DNA of 32,000 nt, taken from assembly GCF_000091665.1 (NCBI RefSeq), contig NC_000909.1, positions 964,603 to 996,602 of the forward strand, in the 5' to 3' direction. The notes beneath the pieces were generated by a model, which saw nothing but the letters and a program-made list of their open reading frames with translations, was not told where the DNA came from and did no database searches. Shown here piece after piece: positions 18,502 to 26,361 of the stretch; within the stretch, counting starts at the first letter, position 1, and each line of letters begins with the position of its first letter. The position numbers were made by a program, and so were the translations under genes. The DNA comes from Methanocaldococcus jannaschii DSM 2661. Lineage in GTDB: Archaea > AGJL01 > Methanococci > Methanococcales > Methanocaldococcaceae.

Positions 18502-18558
18502 ATTCTCTATATTTAAATTTATTAAAAATTTTGAAAGAGTTGGAAATGAGGTGGTAAT

Positions 18559-19134
18559 TTGGAACTCGATGAAATTAAGGTATTTGGAAGATGGAGCACA
18601 AAGGATGTTGTTGTTAAAGACCCAGGTTTAAGAAACTACATAAACTTAACACCAATTTATGTTCCACACACTGCAGGAAGATACACAAAGAGACAGTTCG
18701 AAAAAGCAAAAATGAACATTGTTGAGAGATTAGTAAATAAAGTTATGAGAAGAGAAGAAAATACAGGTAAAAAATTAAAAGCATTAAAAATAGTTGAAAA
18801 TGCTTTTGAAATCATTGAAAAGAGAACAAAACAAAACCCAATTCAAGTTTTAGTAGATGCAATTGAAAACGCTGGACCAAGAGAAGATACAACAAGAATT
18901 TCTTATGGAGGTATCGTCTATTTACAATCAGTTGATTGTTCATCATTGAGAAGAATTGATGTTGCTTTAAGAAACATTGCTCTTGGAGCATACATGGCTG
19001 CTCATAAAAGCAAGAAGCCAATTGAAGAGGCATTAGCTGAAGAGATAATTGCAGCTGCAAGAGGAGACATGCAGAAAAGCTATGCAGTTAGAAAGAAAGA
19101 AGAGACAGAGAGAGTTGCTCAGTCAGCAAGATAA
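18559..19134 (+). CDS. rps7: 30S ribosomal protein S7 (uS7)
   Basis: 191 aa with conserved S7 motifs ([14 protein letters not shown]). TTG start 4 nt after GAGGTGG. Confidence 0.9.
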   Translation: MELDEIKVFGRWSTKDVVVKDPGLRNYINLTPIYVPHTAGRYTKRQFEKAKMNIVERLVNKVMRREENTGKKLKALKIVENAFEIIEKRTKQNPIQVLVDAIENAGPREDTTRISYGGIVYLQSVDCSSLRRIDVALRNIALGAYMAAHKSKKPIEEALAEEIIAAARGDMQKSYAVRKKEETERVAQSAR

Positions 19135-19244
19135 ATTTACATGCCTTTTCAATATTACATCCAAACTTTATCTTAATAACCCAATAAGCTTTTAAACTTT
19201 TAACAAATTAATTAACTCAACAACTAAAAATAAGGTGAAGGGAC

Positions 19245-21425
19245 ATGGGAAAAAGAGCAAAAATGATTGCTAAAATTAAGGAATTAATGGAAAAGTATGA
19301 CAGAATAAGAAATATCGGAATCTGTGCTCACATTGACCACGGAAAAACAACATTATCAGATAACCTATTAGCTGGAGCAGGAATGATTTCAAAAGAATTA
19401 GCTGGAGAGCAGTTAGCTCTCGACTTCGATGAAGAGGAAGCTCAAAGAGGAATCACCATATTTGCTGCAAACGTTTCAATGGTTCACACCTATGAAGGAA
19501 ATGAGTATTTAATTAACTTAATTGACACTCCAGGACACGTTGACTTTGGAGGGGACGTTACAAGAGCAATGAGAGCTATTGATGGGGCAATTGTTGTTGT
19601 CTGTGCAGTTGAGGGAGTTATGCCACAGACAGAAACTGTCTTAAGACAGGCATTGAGGGAGAGAGTTAAACCAGTCCTCTTCATCAACAAGGTAGATAGA
19701 TTAATTAACGAGTTAAAACTAACACCAGAAGAGTTGCAGAGCAGATTTATCAAGATTATCAATGATATTAACAACTTAATTAGAAAGATGGCTCCAGAAG
19801 AATTTAAAGACAAATGGTTGGTTAGAGTTGAAGATGGAAGTGTCGCATTTGGTTCAGCTTACAACAACTGGGCAATTTCAGTTCCATTCATGAAGAAGAG
19901 TGGAATTACATTTAAAGATATAATCAAGTATTGTGAAGAAGACAGGCAAGATGAATTAGCTGAAAAAGCTCCATTACATGAAGTTGTTTTAGATATGGTT
20001 ATTAAACACTTACCAAGCCCACCAGAAGCTCAGAAATACAGAATTCCACACCTATGGAAAGGAGACTTGAATTCAGAAGCTGGAAAAGCTATGCTCAACT
20101 GTGACCCTAACGGACCATTAGCAGGAGTTATTACAAAGATTATTGTAGATAAACACGCAGGAGCTGTTTCAGTTTGTAGATTATTCAGTGGTAGAATTAA
20201 GCAAGGAGACGAAGTTTATATGGTAAATAACCAGCAAAAGGCAAAGATTCAGCAAGTATCTGTCTTCATGGGGCCTGAGAGAATTCCAGTAGATAGCATT
20301 TCAGCAGGAAACATCTGTGCATTAGTTGGTTTGAAGGAGGCATCAGCAGGAGAAACAATCTGTTCCCCAGACAAAATAATTGAGCCATTTGAGGCAATAA
20401 CTCACATCAGTGAGCCAGTTATTACAGTCGCTATTGAAGCAAAGAACACAAAAGATTTACCAAAATTAATTGAAGTTTTAAGACAAGTTGCAAGAGAAGA
20501 CCCAACCGTTAAAGTTGAGATTAACGAAGAAACAGGAGAGCACTTATTAAGCGGTATGGGAGAGTTGCACATTGAGATTATAACAAAATTAAAGATTGAG
20601 AGAGATGCTGGAATTCCAGTTGAAGTAGGGCAACCAATTGTTGTCTATAGAGAGACAGTAACAGGGCAATCACCAGTAGTTGAGAGTAAATCTCCAAACA
20701 AACACAACAAGCTCTACTTTGTAGTTGAACCATTAGAGGAGAGTGTATTACAAGCATACAAAGAAGGAAGAATCCCAGACGTTGATACAAAGAGAAAATT
20801 AGATGATAAGATTGTTCAGGAGTTAATTAAGGCAGGAATGGATCCAGAAGAAGCTAAGAGAGTAATGTGTATCTATGAAGGAAACGTTCTCATTAACATG
20901 ACAAGAGGTATTGTCCATTTAGATGAAGTTAAAGAATTGATTATCCAAGGGTTCAAAGAAGCTATGAGAAACGGTCCATTAGCAGCAGAGAAGTGTCAAG
21001 GAGTTAAAGTTAAGTTAATGGATGCAGTATTACACGAAGATGCAATCCACAGAGGACCAGCACAAATGATTCCAGCAGCAAGATTTGGTATTAGAGATGC
21101 AATGATGCAGGCAAATCCAGTATTATTAGAGCCAATGCAGTTTGTTTATATAAACACCCCACAGGACTTCATGGGGGCAGCGATGAGGGAAATCAGCAAC
21201 AGAAGAGGACAAATCTTAGATATGGAGCAAGAGGGAGATATGGCTATCATTAAAGCTAAGTGTCCAGTTGCAGAGATGTTTGGATTCGCTGGGGCTATTA
21301 GAGGAGCAACTCAGGGTAGATGTCTCTGGAGTATTGAGTTTGCTGGTTATGAAAAAGTTCCAAGAGACATGCAAGAGCAATTAATTAAGCAAATTAGAGA
21401 GAGAAAAGGACTTAAATTAGAATAA
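19245..21425 (+). CDS. fusA: translation elongation factor 2 (aEF-2)
   Basis: 726 aa. GTPase motifs [17 protein letters not shown] and NKVDR. The diphthamide-loop context [11 protein letters not shown] is present. Confidence 0.96.
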   Translation: MGKRAKMIAKIKELMEKYDRIRNIGICAHIDHGKTTLSDNLLAGAGMISKELAGEQLALDFDEEEAQRGITIFAANVSMVHTYEGNEYLINLIDTPGHVDFGGDVTRAMRAIDGAIVVVCAVEGVMPQTETVLRQALRERVKPVLFINKVDRLINELKLTPEELQSRFIKIINDINNLIRKMAPEEFKDKWLVRVEDGSVAFGSAYNNWAISVPFMKKSGITFKDIIKYCEEDRQDELAEKAPLHEVVLDMVIKHLPSPPEAQKYRIPHLWKGDLNSEAGKAMLNCDPNGPLAGVITKIIVDKHAGAVSVCRLFSGRIKQGDEVYMVNNQQKAKIQQVSVFMGPERIPVDSISAGNICALVGLKEASAGETICSPDKIIEPFEAITHISEPVITVAIEAKNTKDLPKLIEVLRQVAREDPTVKVEINEETGEHLLSGMGELHIEIITKLKIERDAGIPVEVGQPIVVYRETVTGQSPVVESKSPNKHNKLYFVVEPLEESVLQAYKEGRIPDVDTKRKLDDKIVQELIKAGMDPEEAKRVMCIYEGNVLINMTRGIVHLDEVKELIIQGFKEAMRNGPLAAEKCQGVKVKLMDAVLHEDAIHRGPAQMIPAARFGIRDAMMQANPVLLEPMQFVYINTPQDFMGAAMREISNRRGQILDMEQEGDMAIIKAKCPVAEMFGFAGAIRGATQGRCLWSIEFAGYEKVPRDMQEQLIKQIRERKGLKLE

Positions 21426-21448
21426 ACTCTCTGACTATTATATCCTTA

Positions 21449-21458
21449 TTTTATTTTT
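21449..21458 (+). terminator. oligo-T tract downstream of fusA (archaeal intrinsic terminator candidate)
   Basis: ttttattttt lies 24 nt after the EF-2 stop codon. Archaeal RNAP terminates at T-runs. Confidence 0.3.
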
Positions 21459-21480
21459 AAGATTCAAGAAAATCTATTTT

Positions 21481-21549
21481 ACCCCCTACGGCCCACGCTC
21501 TCGACGTGGCAGAGCCAAGGATGAGAGAGGGTAGGATATAGGGGGGACA
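21481..21549 (+). ncRNA. candidate H/ACA-type guide sRNA (GC-rich K-turn hairpin followed by ACA)
   Basis: Lower stem 21482-21488 cccccta pairs with 21539-21545 taggggg. ACA is at 21547-21549, one nt (g21546) past the stem. Upper stem 21498-21502 ctctc pairs with 21525-21529 gagag. K-turn: GA 21503-04 opposite GA 21523-24, with 3-nt bulge gat 21520-22. Capping stem is c21505-g21519 plus tggc/gcca. About 9 unpaired nt on each side form a pocket. The element is a GC island in an AT-rich spacer. Confidence 0.45.
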
Positions 21550-21852
21550 TTTCTCATAAATAATTAATCTATTTTGTTGATAATAAGTTATCTCTTAATG
21601 TTAAATCACTCGGAGACTGAAGAATTGATAGTTTTTTGGAAATTTTTACACATATAATTTTCTAATCTGAGTTAATTTTTTCAACCTTACCAAAACTTTA
21701 GTTTTTATTCAAATTCTAAGCTTAAATAAATTTTATTTTTTGAAAGGTTATTTTTGAAAGACACTATGGCATTCTTTGAGTGTCATTATGCAATCAAACA
21801 TTTTTTCTTGCAGAAATCTAATTTAAATAATTTTATATGGAAAATTCTGGGA

Positions 21853-22203
21853 CTGTTAAGTTAACGACTTCACCCAATTGTAGAACATTATGGAGCTTTT
21901 TACTCAACTAACAACCGTATCGAATTTACTATTACTTGGAAATCTATTTAAAACCTCTTTAATCTTGTGATAATAAATTCTAATCGATTCGTGACTTATA
22001 TCTTCGAATTGGGAGGGGGATAAACCCACTTTCCTCAATGATAATCCGAGGTAGTATAAAAGCCCTGCTAAGATTTTAACCTCTATCGATTCCTATTCCT
22101 TTTAAAAAGCTTCCTCTCTACGATTTTCTCCTTTATAACTTCTATCATGAGCCTCATAGTTTATTATTTTTTATCAATATTTTGATAAAAACTTAACTTG
22201 ACA
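21853..22203 (-). mobile_element. 351-bp MITE-like non-autonomous IS derivative, copy A (transposase N-terminal remnant on the minus strand)
   Basis: It is the exact reverse complement of 25839-26189; I checked this base by base across all 351 positions. Its termini are imperfect inverted repeats (ctgttaagttaac... / ...cttaacttgaca). Confidence 0.85.
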
Positions 22204-22281
22204 ATCTCATCCTTATAAAAGTTAAACTTATATAATAAAACATTAAAATAACATTTTAAGATTTAGAAGAGGGATGGAATT

Positions 22282-22767
22282 ATGGTCATAAAAAAAATTA
22301 TAAAGAAGATTAGAGGAAATAAAGACTTACCAAAACCTATTGAAGTCCCTGATGAAGAGTATATAGTTATTGGAGAAGAAAAACCAGCTTATATATTAGA
22401 GGAAGAATCAGAAACTGAATCAGAAGTTTTAGGGTTAGAACATAAGGAAAAGGAAGAAGTAAAAGAAGTGGAAGAGGTTGTTAGAGTAGAAAAGATTCTT
22501 CCAAAATTGTATGTTGTTAGGATTAAACATCCTTTAGACTTTGAAAATATAAAAGATAAAATCCCAGAATATGACGTTGTAATTGTAAATTTTGAGGAAG
22601 TACCTTTTGAATCTATTTTAAAAGAGCTTAATGAATTTAGGGATTATATGAGTATTTTAAATTTTAAATTAGGGTTTGTTGCTGAGAATGTGTTGTTAGC
22701 TTATAGAGATGACGTGATATTGGATAAATATGTTTCAAATATTACGGACGATGCTGAAAATGTGTAA
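22282..22767 (+). CDS. SepF-like cell-division protein (tentative); otherwise conserved hypothetical
   Basis: 161 aa with three parts: an N-terminal basic amphipathic segment MVIKKIIKKIRG, an acidic E-rich linker, and a C-terminal ~80-aa domain (LYVVRIKHPLDFENIKDKI..DVVIVNFEEV...) resembling the SepF/DUF552 core. RBS GAGGGATGG. Confidence 0.45.
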   Translation: MVIKKIIKKIRGNKDLPKPIEVPDEEYIVIGEEKPAYILEEESETESEVLGLEHKEKEEVKEVEEVVRVEKILPKLYVVRIKHPLDFENIKDKIPEYDVVIVNFEEVPFESILKELNEFRDYMSILNFKLGFVAENVLLAYRDDVILDKYVSNITDDAENV

Positions 22768-22834
22768 AACTAATTAATATATAATAATTAATTATTTTAG
22801 TTCATTTTTATCTTGTTAATTTTTTGGTGGTTAA

Positions 22835-23368
22835 ATGAGAATAGCAATAACTGGAACTCCAGGAGTTGGGAAAACAACAATTTCAAAAGTTTTGAGAGAC
22901 AGATTAGGAATAAAAGTTATTGATATAACTGAGGCTGTTAAGAAATATAAGCTATATACTGAAAAAGATGAAGATATGGACTCTTATGTTATTGATTTTG
23001 AGAAATTGGAAAAATTTATTGATGAGATTGAGGAAAAAGAAAAAACTATTATATTAGATGGTCATGTATCTCATCTTTTGAATCCCGACTATATTATAGT
23101 TCTTAGATGCAATCCAGAAATTATCAAAGAAAGGTTAGAAAAAAGGGGCTATAAGCCAAAAAAGGTTTTGGAAAATATTCAGGCAGAAATTTTAGATGTG
23201 TGCTTATGTGAGAGTAAAGGCAAGGTTTATGAGATAGATACAACAAATAGAGATGTTGAAAATATAGTTGATGAGATTATTGAAGCAATAAAACATAAAA
23301 AAGAGAGAAAAGGAGTTGTAGATTGGACAGAGAAATACTTTGATTATTTAACTTTAGAAATTAAATAA
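22835..23368 (+). CDS. Fap7/AK6-type putative adenylate kinase (P-loop NTPase)
   Basis: 177 aa with Walker A GTPGVGKTT at the extreme N-terminus, DGHVSH, and short-form kinase architecture typical of archaeal Fap7 homologues. Confidence 0.75.
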   Translation: MRIAITGTPGVGKTTISKVLRDRLGIKVIDITEAVKKYKLYTEKDEDMDSYVIDFEKLEKFIDEIEEKEKTIILDGHVSHLLNPDYIIVLRCNPEIIKERLEKRGYKPKKVLENIQAEILDVCLCESKGKVYEIDTTNRDVENIVDEIIEAIKHKKERKGVVDWTEKYFDYLTLEIK

Positions 23369-24885
23369 TTCCCTAACAACAAAGCATCAAAATCTGCCTT
23401 TAAAAAGCTATTTATTGCATCTTTCTCATTGCAAACTATCGGCTCTCCATGTAAATTAAAGGATGTGTTTAAAACTACTGGAATACCTATAGAGTCATAA
23501 ATATATCTTATTATTCCGTAGAATGTTTTATTTGAATCTTTTTTTAATGTTTGAGGTCTTGTAGTTTTATCTACGTGTATAACCCCCTCAATTTCTTTTA
23601 TCTTATTCTCCTTAACCTTAAATATCTGAGTCATAAATGGGGAGTATCTTGGATTTATTAAATAATCATCTATAAAATCATACAGTATTGTTGGAGCAAA
23701 AGGCATAAACCAACTTCTTTTTAACTTTTTATTAATCTTTTCTTTATTTTCTTTTGTTGGTAAAGCTATAACGCTCCTATTTCCCAAAGCTCTTGGACCA
23801 AACTCCATTTTCCCTCTTGATAGGCAAACAACCTTATTATCTAAGATTAAATTTCCAATGACCTCTGGAATGTCTCTCTCTTCAACAAACTCTATCTTAT
23901 AATCATTGAGTTTATTTTTTAATTCCTCTAAAATTTTTTCAGCTCTTTCATTTTCAATTTCATATCCAAAGTATGTATTGTTTATATTTATTCTATCTAT
24001 TCTTTTATCGGCTAAGCTTGCTCCTAAGCAAAGTCCTTCATCTCCCATAAAAGGTGGAACGAATAGATTATATTTTTCAGCAATTTTTGAATTCAACTTA
24101 ACGTTTTGAGCCACTCCACCAACAAACACAATGTTATCTATGTTATATTCATTAGATAAATCATCAATTGCCTTTAAAACAATATTTTCTAAAGTTCTTT
24201 GAGCAAATTTTGATATTCTAACCTTATCCTCAAAAGATAATTGGCTTTTATCGCTAACTATAAGTTTTTTCAATGCTTTGGTAGCTTCATAGCCAATAAC
24301 TCCTAAATAATTTTTAAATGATTTTAATTCTTTTATATAGTCAATAGTTGTTAAATTTATATCATCTTCTCCTTCGTAAGAAGATAGAGACATAACTTTT
24401 CCTTCATCTTCCATAGGCTTAAAACCTAAAAGCTCAGTTATTGAGGCATAAAAATCTCCAACAGAGTCGATTAAATCACTTTGGGCTATAATTTCCAAGT
24501 TATTTTTATTTGCTATGGATGCCAAAAAAGATAAACCATCTCCTCCTCCATCTATTGAAATTACTAAAGCTTCTTTAAAATCTGAGAGTTTAAATAAATA
24601 TGAATGGGATATGTGATGATAAAAATAGAGAAATTTTTTATTTATTCTGTTTTGAAATTCTTTTAATTTTTTTATTCTCTCTCCTCTTCTAAAAACTCCA
24701 CCAACAGAAACATAATTAATTTCATCAGGTTTAACTTTGTTTAAAATATAATCTACTGATTTTTCTGGGAATCCTCTCTGATTTTTCTTTCTTGTAAATC
24801 TCTCCTCACTCATTGCAAATAGGATTTCATCTCTTTTTATCAAAGAAGAGCTTGCATTATGCCCATCACAAATTCCAAGAATCAT
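23344..24885 (-). CDS. NodU/CmcH/TobZ-family carbamoyltransferase-like protein
   Basis: 513 aa starting MILGICDGHNASSSL...SEERFTRKK, with the HH..H metal motif (FYHHISHSY) of the Kae1-like domain and a C-terminal YrdC-like/carbamoyltransferase domain (NTSFNLHGEPIV). Its 3' end overlaps the convergent kinase gene by 25 nt. Confidence 0.8.
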   Translation of the reverse strand: MILGICDGHNASSSLIKRDEILFAMSEERFTRKKNQRGFPEKSVDYILNKVKPDEINYVSVGGVFRRGERIKKLKEFQNRINKKFLYFYHHISHSYLFKLSDFKEALVISIDGGGDGLSFLASIANKNNLEIIAQSDLIDSVGDFYASITELLGFKPMEDEGKVMSLSSYEGEDDINLTTIDYIKELKSFKNYLGVIGYEATKALKKLIVSDKSQLSFEDKVRISKFAQRTLENIVLKAIDDLSNEYNIDNIVFVGGVAQNVKLNSKIAEKYNLFVPPFMGDEGLCLGASLADKRIDRININNTYFGYEIENERAEKILEELKNKLNDYKIEFVEERDIPEVIGNLILDNKVVCLSRGKMEFGPRALGNRSVIALPTKENKEKINKKLKRSWFMPFAPTILYDFIDDYLINPRYSPFMTQIFKVKENKIKEIEGVIHVDKTTRPQTLKKDSNKTFYGIIRYIYDSIGIPVVLNTSFNLHGEPIVCNEKDAINSFLKADFDALLLGNYLISKVK

Positions 24886-24896
24886 ACAAACACCAA

Positions 24897-25190
24897 TTAC
24901 AGCTCTCCAATTGCTTTTAACTTCCTTTCAATTGTGTTTTCTTTATCTTTCCTTTCATCAATTTTTAAACTGCTTACAACTCTATCAACGTCATTTAAAA
25001 CTGTTGAATGTGCTTCTTTAAAAGCTTTTAAAATTTCATCTAAATCTCCTTCTAATACAGTTCCCATAGCGTTTGTCTCAACCTTTAAATCATACTTTTT
25101 AAAAACTTCAATTGCTTTTTTAACATACTTTGAAACACTTGCTCCTTTTCCTAAAGGAATTATAGAAACCTCAGCAACGACTTTTCTCAT
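24897..25190 (-). CDS. UPF0045 / MTH1187-YkoF-like small protein (DUF77)
   Basis: VVAEVSIIPLGKGASVSKYV...VETNAMGTVLEG...VVSSLKIDER matches the family pattern. The track start at 25199 is a GTG inside the AGGTGA RBS, so ATG at 25190 is preferred. Confidence 0.75.
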   Translation of the reverse strand: MRKVVAEVSIIPLGKGASVSKYVKKAIEVFKKYDLKVETNAMGTVLEGDLDEILKAFKEAHSTVLNDVDRVVSSLKIDERKDKENTIERKLKAIGEL

Positions 25191-25254
25191 AAAAATCACC
25201 TAAAAATTGATAAAAATAATAAAAAAGCAAAAATAAAATAGAATCAAAATTTAA

Positions 25255-25746
25255 TTATTTCTCTAATTCACTTAAAACTTCTTTCAACTTCTCCTTAACC
25301 TTTTCTAATTTTGCGGCCAATTCTTCATTCTCTTTCTTAAGTTTTTCAATTTCTTCTTCTAACTTCTTAATGTCAGTTATCTTCTCTAATTCTTCTTTTC
25401 TGACAACAGCTTCTAAGAATTTTTCTACTTCTTCAATATTTAATTCCCCTCTCTTCATCATCTCATAGGTTTCCCTAACAAGCTTTCCTGCCTTTGTTTC
25501 TCCTTTTAAATGCTTTCTAATGGTTTGTTCAGTTCTTCCTAACTCATCTGCGATTTCTCTTATTGTATATCCAGCTTTCTCTCTTGCTAAAGCTCCTGCG
25601 GCAATAGCTAAGGAATCAACCCAAGTAACTTTCTCTATAGGGTCTTTTATTAACTCCAAGATTTCAGGTCTGAACAATGTTCCCAAAATTAAAACATGCT
25701 CTAACTTGTCTATTTCTGTCTTTGATGTTGGAACTAATGGTATCAT
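25255..25746 (-). CDS. hypothetical HTH DNA-binding protein with C-terminal coiled coil
   Basis: 163 aa. GYTIREIADELGRTEQTIRKHL is a classic helix-turn-helix. The last ~50 aa are heptad-like and E/K/L-rich. Strong RBS GGTGGGGGAG. Confidence 0.6.
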   Translation of the reverse strand: MIPLVPTSKTEIDKLEHVLILGTLFRPEILELIKDPIEKVTWVDSLAIAAGALAREKAGYTIREIADELGRTEQTIRKHLKGETKAGKLVRETYEMMKRGELNIEEVEKFLEAVVRKEELEKITDIKKLEEEIEKLKKENEELAAKLEKVKEKLKEVLSELEK

Positions 25747-25838
25747 GACTCTCCCCCACCTTATTTTTAATTATATTCCTTATATCTATTTTATAATTTT
25801 GCTTAGTATTTAAAGTTTTTGTAGATTTCAGAGGAGAC

Positions 25839-26189
25839 TGTCAAGTTAAGTTTTTATCAAAATATTGATAAAAAATAATAAACTATGAGGCTCATGATAG
25901 AAGTTATAAAGGAGAAAATCGTAGAGAGGAAGCTTTTTAAAAGGAATAGGAATCGATAGAGGTTAAAATCTTAGCAGGGCTTTTATACTACCTCGGATTA
26001 TCATTGAGGAAAGTGGGTTTATCCCCCTCCCAATTCGAAGATATAAGTCACGAATCGATTAGAATTTATTATCACAAGATTAAAGAGGTTTTAAATAGAT
26101 TTCCAAGTAATAGTAAATTCGATACGGTTGTTAGTTGAGTAAAAAGCTCCATAATGTTCTACAATTGGGTGAAGTCGTTAACTTAACAG
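25839..26189 (+). mobile_element. 351-bp MITE-like non-autonomous IS derivative, copy B (transposase N-terminal remnant on the plus strand)
   Basis: Reverse complement of 21853-22203 at 100% identity. It contains ATG 25885 followed by a 24-codon ORF ([24 protein letters not shown]), then a 62-codon open frame, shifted by one nucleotide, at 25950-26135 (..[44 protein letters not shown]..). This resembles the HTH N-terminus of an IS transposase. No catalytic domain is present. Confidence 0.85.
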
Positions 26190-26361
26190 CCTCTGGTATT
26201 GATAACGAAAATTATAAGTAATGCTATATTTACAATTAATTGTTGGAGGAGTAGTTTATTTTGGAGTTTATTTAGCTGTAATTTTATGTCTGAGGGTTAT
26301 CGATGTAAGAGAAATATAATAATATTATACAATTATTAATAAATAAACTCAGGGGATTTAA

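Noticed and set aside
21481-21549. The GC-rich patch after EF-2 as a tRNA or tRNA fragment.
   Set aside because: It cannot fold into a cloverleaf on either strand: there is no T-arm GTTCRA-like sequence and no acceptor/anticodon geometry. The hairpin with K-turn and ACA fits better.
21840-22215. Target-site duplications flanking each 351-bp element copy.
   Set aside because: Flanks (..ttctggga| and |atctcatcc for copy A; ..gaggagac| and |cctctggta for copy B) show no direct repeat, either within a copy or after swapping the inner flanks. Only weak inverted similarity is seen (cagagg/cctctg; gagat/gagac).
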